A model generated the notes under the pieces. The model did not search any database. It was not told the DNA's origin and worked only from the letters and a program-made list of their open reading frames with translations. From Guillardia theta CCMP2712 (lineage: Eukaryota; Protista; Cryptophyta): 64,000 nt of DNA. The stretch is from NCBI RefSeq assembly GCF_000315625.1, contig NW_005434489.1:27454-91453 (forward strand), in the 5' to 3' direction. The number at the start of each line of letters is the position of its first letter. Position 1 is the first letter of the stretch. A program made the position numbers and the translations under genes. Positions 54,816 to 64,000 of this stretch are shown here, in pieces.

Positions 54816-55538
54816 TACCAGTGGGTTGCAGGTGTCATCTGTGAGGAAAACTCGTGGAGCAACAAAAAAGAGCATTGCCGACCCTTGGTATTTATATAAG
54901 TGTAATGTAAGAATAAAACTCAAATCAGACATTGTAACTTATTACTAAAACTGTTTTAGTTATTTTATAGATTGTTTGTGGTACTATGAACCAAGAATGA
55001 CTTTCACAAAATAAAAACTTGTGGTACACTTGGATTTTACGTGCCTTTTTTAAACTTGAGCAGTAGGGCCGATGAGGGGATGTGCGGTACACCGGTGGTT
55101 GGCTGAAAACACCGCCTCAAGTAGGGGTGGTTTATGAGTTATTGAGGGGGTGGGGGTACCACATGAGTACCTGACTCGGAGATCTGAAAGGTCGAATGAA
55201 ATTCTGCGAAAGNNNNNNNNNNNNNNNNNNNNNNNNNNNNNNNNNNNNNNNNNNNNNNNNNNNNNNNNNNNNNNNNNNNNNNNNNNNNNNNNNNNNNNNN
55301 NNNNNNNNNNNNGAAGCTGGTATGGGTTCCACAAAATGAGAAGTTGAAGGACAAATGCGAAGATGTACGTGATCTCAAAACCTCCGTTGAGGGCCAGGGC
55401 TCATGACATGATTCAGGCGGAAAGTTGGAATGCGATAGAGAACTTTGTAGGTTGGAGGGTTCAAAATGACGGGAAGATGCTGGCGATGGTGAGGTTGTTC
55501 GAGCGCATGTCCTTGTGCCTCATTCTTGACTGAAGGCC

Positions 55539-56407
55539 ATGGCGAAATGCGAATCATGCAGCGTCTATGACTTGTCGTATAATGGGCTCGGGGACAACGA
55601 GGGCAAGGAGATCGCCAAGGCGCTCAAGATTAACTTCACCAAGAACGAGAAGGTCCTGACGCGACAGACGCTCAAACTCTGCGTTGATCTTCTTTCCTCA
55701 GCCCTACGCCGGAGTGCCGGGAGCCAAGATCTACGGCACCATCGTGAAGCTGAACCTAGCCAACAACAACCTACACGCCGAGGGCATCCGAGCCCTCTGT
55801 GAGGCTCTCACCTCCAGCAACCCACGTGAGTGAACTAGAAGTGAGCTGACAGCTGAAGTCGTTCTGGAACAGGAATATCCTTCTCGCTGGAGGAGCTCGG
55901 GTTGGCCAATAATGCTGCTGGTACGCTTTTCTCGCCTCTCCCCCTTGCTCAGGCTTGTGCTTCGCAGGGCCCGAAGGAGCCGTCGAGCTCGCCAAAGTCA
56001 TCTCATCCAACCGCATCATCCGGTCACTCGACCCCTTATCCCTCTTGCCGCTGACTTTGACGCAGGCGACTGAACTTGAGCTGGAACAACATCGGGACCA
56101 CAGGCGTCCTCGCCATTCTCAACGCCCTGCAACAGTGAGAGCTGTCCTGCTGGTCTGACCTGACGTGACTCCTCACCGCAGAAGTCACCTCAAGGCGAAA
56201 TTTGACCTCTCATATAACTCCATCGACCTTGGCGACCAGACGCTGCTGGAGAGCTGGCCAGAGTTGATCACGCGACTGAAACGAGTAGGAGCGAAGCGAG
56301 AGAGGGCTGGGGATTGACGATGCTTGCAGATGAAGATTAAAGACCGGATCGAAGAGGTGATTGTCGGTTGGGAGCTCCTCGGTCTTCATACGTTGCCAAC
56401 CAAATGA
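55539..56407 (+). CDS. RNI-like leucine-rich repeat protein
   Basis: YDLSYNGLGDNEGKEIAKAL, LNLANNNLHAEGIRALCEAL, LELGLANNAA|GPEGAVELA, LNLSWNNIGTTG. Confidence 0.8.
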
Positions 56408-56529
56408 AAGCGAATGAAAACTTGCAACGCAAAGACACAAGCATAGAGAAAGAACACCCCAAGCAGCGTCAGAGATTTTATTTCTACAGTTCGAGCGTAG
56501 GAAAGGGGAGGAGAGAAGGTCGCATACAA

Positions 56530-59117
56530 TCAAGGTAGCAAGTCAAAGTCGTAGAGGCCGTTGAGCTTTCGGCGGTACTGGACGAGGATGAAGGAGAGAA
56601 AGATAAGCAAAAAGTCAAGTTACCTGCATCATGGTTCCGTACATGCGATCAGAAATACCGACAAACAAGGCGTCATCTTCGGGACTACCAAACGAAAATC
56701 TGTCAGCACATTCGCATGGTTGATGATCAAGACCTGAAGCTGATTCCAGCGATCTCTCCGAAGATGTCGATCTCCTGTACGTTCTCAAAGTTGCTCTGCG
56801 TTGTGAGAGCCTGTCACTTGATGATACGAGGCTAGATCGAACCTTGACGTCGAAGATGTGGACGAAGTCTGCGGGCTCTGCCATGGCCTGCAAAGGGGGT
56901 CAAGCAGCGAAGGCTTCTATAGCTGGCAACCATGTAGCGACCATCCTCAGTGAAGCGAAGAGACCGGATAGCTCCGAGACGACCTGCAACACACATCTAA
57001 CGTCAGAGTAACGGCCATGAGACACACATCCCTCAAGGTGTAACTCCAGCACCTCCGAGCGTTGCCAGGCACCTCATCATCCTCCTGCGACATGTCTTAG
57101 TCAGGATCCGTGCGGCATACCCTCTGCTCCTCTGCTCACCTATCCCATATCCGAGCAGTCTTGTCTTGATTTCCCGTGGCAAAGATGTTGCCGTCAGGAT
57201 GCCAGGCAGCCTACAGCAGAGGTTGAGGAGGGCGAGAGAGCAGCGGGATCTCTCACAGCAAAGGAATAATCCAGATGCATGTCGCAGACCGCAACTCGCT
57301 GCGCATGAATGAGCTGCACATCTCAACAAGACGCGGAGCCATCACTCTCGAGGTCGTGACGTCCATTAGCATACACTCGGTGGAATCTCCCAGAACACTG
57401 AGATAAGACATGAGCCTTAGAAAAGATTCAAATTAAGACATGTCTTACCACACAAGATTTCTATCAGGGGAGAGCGTCTGCAAACAACATGAGCGATAGA
57501 CAAAGATTCTTTAACTTACAGCAAAGTTCACAGGCCAAGGGAAATGCATTCTGTTGACTTCCCGGAAGGAGTTGTCAACTACATACCGTAAGAAGCAAAA
57601 GATGTAAGGCGACAAGAGACCGTCTAAGATCCTGATCTGGCTATCGTTGTTTGTTATCACAGCCTCCAGCGCTCCTTGCTTCGACTGCCTCTTGTTCAGA
57701 CTCTGCCCACAAAGCAACCCCATGGTAAACCTCTGTAGCAAGATTGAGTTGGTGATGGCGTTCTCGTCGCTTGTTATCTTCTCACTAAACAATACCTGTG
57801 GCCTCAAGTTAACTACTCCGCTTCAACCTTGTGCTCCCATCGAATCACCTTGCCAGTATCCGGAGATGAGGCTCTTGTAAAGTCATCGGAATGAATATCT
57901 GAAGGCAACTTGACACAGACCTGATTCGAGGCAGTCACTCACAACACATAGGGCACTCTGACTGACTTTCAATGAAGGAAAGAAAGTAAGGAAGTAAAGG
58001 AAGGAAAGGAAGGAAAGGAAGAAAAGGAAGAAAAGGAAGAAAAGGAAGAAAAGGAAGAAAAGGAAGAAAAGGAAAGAAAGGAAGTAGAGGAAGGAAAGGA
58101 ATGAATCTATGAAACGAACGAACGATCGAACGAACGAAAGGCTGACTGACCAGATCTCCAAAGAAGCCTCCTGCAACACAAATGCTTCCTTGGACACACA
58201 TGGTGCTCATATGAAGTGCATCAAGTGAGATCTGTCAAGTAGCGTCAGATACGAATACTTGAGTCTGTCTCGCCTTCTCTTTTGAGTCTTCAAATCTGCT
58301 CAAGATCGGCGTTAATTTGTTTGTCACGTAGCTAAAATGCTGAATGTCTTCCGCCTGTTGTATCATCAGCAGATCACAATTTGTTCATCACCAAGTTCAC
58401 ACAACGCACAATGGAATACCTGCGTCACGAAGACGTCATGAGATGTCGTTGCCCAAACAAGATTTCTCAGCTGAAAATGAACGATGTTTGCTCGGGCTTG
58501 TCTGCGAGACTTTCACTTCATCACACACATCATGCCTGATCTCACTTCTCGCTGTTCTCAAACTCGTAAAAGGAGTGTCCCCTGTTCGTCACGTGACTGT
58601 CGATCTCAGCCTGCCGGGAACGTAAGCGCAACGGGAGACGGAAGGGAGCAAAGAGACTTTGAGCGAAGAGTGCGGGCGAGGACGAGCAGAATCGTCGAGG
58701 TTCTCATAGTTTTCATACTGTAAGGTGGCATGTGAACGGGACCAGGAGGAGGTGAGCCTTGAAACTTACCTGTAACAAGCGCTGATTCCTGTAAGTACTC
58801 CGAGTGATGTTGATTTGATCCCAGCGAATCCCCTTCAAGTTTCTCAGACTGAGAGGCATCATCCAGGTTGAATTCTTTACCTGAGGATCACAACCGCGCC
58901 GGAACTGATCTTTGGTCACCCTAGAAAGACCGCCCTGAAACATTCAAGTCACACCAACAACCCATCCCCCTGTCCCAGACTCACAATGTCGAAGCTTTCA
59001 TCTAAGTTGTCAGGATAGATTGATGTGAGAGCATCTTCTTCATCGAAGAAATACTGTACAAGTCATCATTCTCTTCGACTCACTTCGCATCATTCTTACA
59101 TCATCATCCATCATCAT
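56530..59117 (-). CDS. WD40-repeat protein (C2A9.03/DUF2415-like)
   Basis: DPQ|GIRWDQ..YRNQRL, QHFSYVT, TGNIFATGNQDKTARIWD, MAEPADFVHIFDV, QEIDIFGEIAGISF|SP..LFVGISDRMYG. Confidence 0.85.
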
Positions 59118-59744
59118 TGGCAATCCAACCCTCTTTGTGCCTAAACCCTTCCAGATCAACTGTAAAAGGAAGGTGTCAGCAAGTCATCAAAAGCTTCGTT
59201 CGCACATCCTTCTGTCTCTACATCATGACCACATTATCACCATTTGCAGCAGCAGCATCGGCATTAGATTCATCAACTTTGGCTTCTCCATCTCATTTTC
59301 CTTGTCTTGCTGTTGTATGCTCGTTCTTCTCATCCTCGTTCTGAATCCCTTGTCCACCTCCTTCCATATCCTTCTTCTCTCTCTCCTTCTCCTTCTTGTT
59401 TCCTGCAGTAATGCTTTCCTTCTTTGGTTCTTCTTTTTCCTCTCGCTCCTTGTTCCCGGTCTTGTAATTTTCGATGTTGTTTCTTGTTCAAGTCCTGCTG
59501 CTTCTGCTCCTTCTTTGTCGTTTCCTCCTCCTCCTCCTCCTGCATCTCTGTCTCTTTCTTTTCTGTTCTTCCATCACCAATACCGCCTCCTCCCTCCCCA
59601 TCCCTCCCCCTCCCCCTCTCCTTGGTTTCGCATATCTCTCTCCTGTTTGTCGTCGCTGTCTCAGCTTCGCGTTTTTCTTTACGCAAAGTTAAGTTAAAAA
59701 TCAGTACGAGGACAAATCAGGAGAGTCGACTGAAGTTTAGGGTT

Positions 59745-59786
59745 GGCAGCGCCGGTTATTTCAGGCAGCGCCGGTTATTTCAGGCA
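59745..59786 (+). repeat. 19-bp direct repeat x2 immediately after one TTTAGGG
   Basis: GTTTAGGGTT (59735-59744), then ggcagcgccggttatttca x2 plus ggca. Confidence 0.9.
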
Positions 59787-59921
59787 CCATGGCTGCACGC
59801 GTGGTGTAGGGGAAGCCGCCAGGGCGCCAAGGAAGCTGCAAGCGAGAGGTTTGTATACTTCAAATAGCTTTCTAAGTATGGTTCTTCAGTATGATGAAAG
59901 TGTTCGCAACATGCTGTATCT

Positions 59922-59964
59922 GGTTTAGGGTTTAGGGTTTAGGGTTTAGGGTTTAGGGTTTAGG
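59922..59964 (+). repeat. interstitial telomeric tract GG(TTTAGGG)5TTTAGG
   Basis: Perfect plant-type telomere repeats. Confidence 0.95.
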
Positions 59965-60035
59965 ACCGGGCCCGTTGACAGAGGACCGGGCCCGTTGACA
60001 GAGGCACCGGGCCCGTTGACAGAGGCACCGGGCCC
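59965..60035 (+). repeat. 20/21-bp tandem repeat accgggcccgttgacagagg(c) x3 plus a partial copy
   Basis: Fused directly to the telomeric tract. Confidence 0.95.
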
Positions 60036-61928
60036 TGTATCGGAGATCATGCCAATACACGCAGGGTGAGCGCTCAGGAGGCCACGTCGAGGAGGCCGAC
60101 CTCGTCGAGAGAGTGAAGAGCTTCACCAAGCGTTATCCGAATAGTCGGACAGCTCATGCTTGCAGAGCTGAGGGGGGATGCACTCCCGACGCTATCGCAG
60201 AAGCCATCCGCTCGACATGTCGGCAGGCGAGACGCGACCTGTTTGAAGACTCTCTGAGCGCATGGAGCCCAGAGTCGAAAGCATGGTTCATGCAACAGAT
60301 GAAAGAGGCCAAACAGCAGAATGTCGAGACTTACATCGGCACCGAAGACACCGAGGAGACCTCCTTCATCTCCATGACTCTCCTGGGCATCTCCTCGATG
60401 TATGTGCGACATGAAGACAAATTGAAAATGAAGTTGACGGAGCTGGGACTCATAGTAGACTCAGTCGATAGAGACGACAAGTCCATCATGTGGAAAGCAC
60501 CTTACAGACCTGAGATAGCACGAGCAGACGACATCTCAGTCACCATCTCCTTCCTTCGGAATGAAGAAGCCATCGCACTCTGGCAAGGCAGCAGAGAGTA
60601 CAGCATCGACGGGCGAATTTTCAGAGCAACTGAAGTCAGCATTGCACACGACCGGTCGTTCAAGCTCCGAGCCAAGCGAGGACCTTGGGGCAAGGGAGGG
60701 AGCCTTGCCGAGCTATCGCAGCTCCTAGCTCTTGGAGGAATGTCGACGGCGGACATAGCTCGGATCTATCAATTCCAACTGATCTCGCAATGTCTCGCCG
60801 CAGCAGAGGTACAACCGCTGGCGGGCATGCTCGTGCAGGGTGCAGAGAGGTCGCAAGGGGCCGAGCCCGAAGACGTATGTTGCTGTTGGAGCAAGCACCG
60901 GAGCTCTGCAGCAGAGAGAGCTCGAGTGGGTACTATCCTGCCCATCGACGGCCAGCTGCGAGCAGACGTTGGCCTCGTTCAGAGAGAGCGAGGCGATGGA
61001 GGGGGTGCACCTGACTCTCGTCAGCGACGACGCCAAGCTCAGAGAGACGTTTGCAGTCGAGCTCACAGCAGACACCTTCGTGCCGAGAGGAAAGATTGCC
61101 AAGCAGAGGATGGTACTTCGCGACAGGGAGCAGGCTCCAAGCGGCAGTTTCAGGGTGCAGATCAAGTCGAAGTCAAGCATGAGCACAGGCCGCTTCTCGA
61201 GGAAGGAGATGGAAGCACTGTGCGGAGGAGGTAACACATCGACCACGCGAGTCAAGCGAGCCATGTTGGAATTAGCAAGAAGAATGAACCTGAAGCTTGC
61301 CAGCATTGAGGTTCAAGAAGATCGAGACACGCTGAGCTGGGATGGGAGCCTGATAACTCTCTCCCTGGCGACCAAGGCAGACGCTCGACGTCTGATGGAA
61401 GACATGCCCTTCTACTTGGAAGGGGTCCTGGAAGTCAAGCTCGAAGCTGTGGGTTTCAAGTGGAGCTCTCAGGATGAAGAGGAGAGCGAGGAGCAGGCTC
61501 AGGAGCCCCAAGGGCAGCAGCAAGGCGCTGGATGGCTGGAGCTCAGCGACATCGACAGGATTACTCTGGAGGCGGCCTCGCCGTCAGGACCAGTCGACCA
61601 GCAGGTCTTGGTCGACCTCTCGACGATGCTCCTGGAGACGTCAGAGGAGGATCTACTTGCTGGCAAGCCGATCCCGCTGGAGCTAGACAAGAGTGTCGGC
61701 AAGCTGCATGACACCTTCTACTCGCCGGGCAACGTCGTGTTTATGACGCTCGGAGCTTGGGCAGCCACGCCGTCGTTGGGATCGAAGCGCAACATGTTGA
61801 AAGGAAAAGCTGAGAGCGTACCTGGGCAAGCAGCGCTGGACTCAGGTACAGGGGAACAAGAAGCAGAAACAGGCAGCGAGGAGGGGCAGCGCTTTCTCTC
61901 CAAGAGCAGCAGCGACTGATGCGCTTGA
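59965..61928 (+). mobile_element. candidate telomere-associated element, copy 1: intronless RRM-like (ORF1/gag-like) frame 60020-61919 with one frameshift
   Basis: No introns over 1.9 kb. The frame is open from 60020 with no ATG start until 60290 and shifts near 60845 relative to copy 2. RRM-like patterns VTISFLRNEEAIALWQ..SIDGRIF and ITLSLATKADARRLM..LEG. Confidence 0.55.
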
Positions 61929-62776
61929 NNNNNNNNNNNNNNNNNNNNNNNNNNNNNNNNNNNNNNNNNNNNNNNNNNNNNNNNNNNNNNNNNNNNNNNN
62001 NNNNNNNNNNNNNNNNNNNNNNNNNNNNNNNNNNNNNNNNNNNNNNNNNNNNNNNNNNNNNNNNNNNNNNNNNNNNNNNNNNNNNNNNNNNNNNNNNNNN
62101 NNNNNNNNNNNNNNNNNNNNNNNNNNNNNNNNNNNNNNNNNNNNNNNNNNNNNNNNNNNNNNNNNNNNNNNNNNNNNNNNNNNNNNNNNNNNNNNNNNNN
62201 NNNNNNNNNNNNNNNNNNNNNNNNNNNNNNNNNNNNNNNNNNNNNNNNNNNNNNNNNNNNNNNNNNNNNNNNNNNNNNNNNNNNNNNNNNNNNNNNNNNN
62301 NNNNNNNNNNNNNNNNNNNNNNNNNNNNNNNNNNNNNNNNNNNNNNNNNNNNNNNNNNNNNNNNNNNNNNNNNNNNNNNNNNNNNNNNNNNNNNNNNNNN
62401 NNNNNNNNNNNNNNNNNNNNNNNNNNNNNNNNNNNNNNNNNNNNNNNNNNNNNNNNNNNNNNNNNNNNNNNNNNNNNNNNNNNNNNNNNNNNNNNNNNNN
62501 NNNNNNNNNNNNNNNNNNNNNNNNNNNNNNNNNNNNNNNNNNNNNNNNNNNNNNNNNNNNNNNNNNNNNNNNNNNNNNNNNNNNNNNNNNNNNNNNNNNN
62601 NNNNNNNNNNNNNNNNNNNNNNNNNNNNNNNNNNNNNNNNNNNNNNNNNNNNNNNNNNNNNNNNNNNNNNNNNNNNNNNNNNNNNNNNNNNNNNNNNNNN
62701 NNNNNNNNNNNNNNNNNNNNNNNNNNNNNNNNNNNNNNNNNNNNNNNNNNNNNNNNNNNNNNNNNNNNNNNNNNNN

Positions 62777-64000
62777 ATCGGACTGATCGTAGACTCAGTG
62801 CAGAGAGTAAAGCAATCATGTGGAAGGCTCGTATAGACCCGAGATAGCGAGTGCTGAGGAGATCCCGGTGACTGTTTCCTTCCTCCGCAATGCACAAGCG
62901 GAGAAGCTCTGGCAGGGAAGAGAGGACTTCGCGATCGATGGTCGCAAGTTCACAGCTGTACATGTGAGCATCGTGCACGATCGATCTTTCAAGATTCGAG
63001 CCAAGAGAGGACCCTGGGGCAAAGGGGGCAGCTTGGCAGAGCTGACTCACCTGCTAACCTTGGGCGGCATGACAACGGCTGAGATAGCTGCCGTCTATCG
63101 CTATCAGCTGCTGCGCCAGTCCCTTGCAGCGGTCCAACTCCAGCCGCTGGCAGGCATGCTGGTCGCTGGGGCGCCAGGACAGCAAGTCCACAAAGGCTTA
63201 GGTCAGAAAGGCTTCATCGCTGTAGGGGCCAACGTCATCTGGAGACAGAGGGAGGTGGAGTGGATCGTCTCCTCGAGCTGCCCAGAGGCGAATGATACAG
63301 CATTTCGAGCTTTCCGAGAGAGCGAAGCGATGGAGGGAGTACACCTGACTCTGTTCAGCGAGGACCCGAAGATCAGAGAGGCGCTCGCAGTCGAGTTGAC
63401 AGCTGATCGCTTTGTGTCCAGAAATAAGTTGAAGAAGGCATCAAGGATGCAGAAGAAGGCAGGCGGCAAGGACGGCAAGGAGATCAAGATCATCATCAAG
63501 TCGACGGCGGCATCTGGTCGCTTCACGAGGAAGGAGATGGAGGGGCTGTGCAACGGCGGCAACACGTCTATCGCAAGAGTCAAGAGAGTCTTGTTGGAGA
63601 TCGCTAACAGGCTCGAGATCAACGTTGAAGGCATCGACATGGAGGAGGATTTGAACACCAAGTCCTGGAACGGGTCCAAGCTATGCATCCTCCTCGGCTC
63701 CACGGAGGATGCTCGACGCATGATGAAGGAGCTGCCCTTCTATCTCGAAGGCGCAGCAACCAAGCTCGAAGCAGTCGGCTTCGACAAGGAGCCTGACTCT
63801 GAGGCGGCTGGTCAGCGGGGCACCAGCGACGCAGCGCAGCGACAGGAGGAGAGCGAGGGAGAGTGGCTGGAGTTTACAGACCTGGAGAGGATCACAATGG
63901 AGGCAGCATCTCCGTCAAGCCAAGAGGACATGCAGCTCGTCAGCGAGCTGTCAGCAGTCATCGAAGATGCAGCTTCTTTGAACGAGGCAGGGACGAGCGA
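62777..64000 (+). mobile_element. second, diverged tandem copy of the same intronless ORF (runs off the window)
   Basis: IGLIVDSV..YRPEIASAEEIPVTVSFLRN..HDRSFKIRAKRGPWGKGGSLAEL..FRESEAMEGVHLTL..PFYLEG is collinear with copy 1. Open from ~62832 to the window end. Confidence 0.6.

Noticed and set aside
59860-59925. Hammerhead ribozyme (minus-strand CTGAAGA..GAAA) or C/D snoRNA (ATGATGA)
   Set aside because: Stem II cannot pair, and no CTGA D-box follows the C-box-like motif.
63203-63721. Minus-strand ORF as a possible reverse transcriptase
   Set aside because: No RT motifs; it is the antisense shadow of the conserved plus-strand ORF.

Overview
Eukaryotic nuclear DNA from a gene-dense, intron-rich alga or protist. 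The short (~45-55 nt) introns with CTGAC/CTAAC branch points, microsatellite-filled introns and TTTAGGG repeats resemble a cryptophyte such as Guillardia; this is recognition, not a database result. There are six assembly gaps (4547-5534, 6466-6663, 8653-9148, 20674-20773, 55213-55312, 61929-62776). About 25 spliced genes are supportable: SMYD and SET methyltransferases, TLDc, ZRANB2-like, Oca6-like phosphatase, METTL21-like, histidine phosphatase, TPR, LRR, C-terminal Myb, dihydroorotase, CRAL-TRIO and WD40 proteins, plus hypotheticals. Gene coordinates span hand-inferred spliced models. The most unusual part is the right end: an internal (TTTAGGG)n tract fused to short tandem junction repeats, followed by head-to-tail, intronless, diverged copies of an RRM-like ORF. 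This is a candidate telomere-associated retroelement-like array. Other notable items are a 312-bp inverted repeat that could flip a gene's promoter and 5' half onto an alternative 3' end, GGGTAGGGT/TACCC islands upstream of genes, and two convergent genes whose stop codons abut with no spacer.
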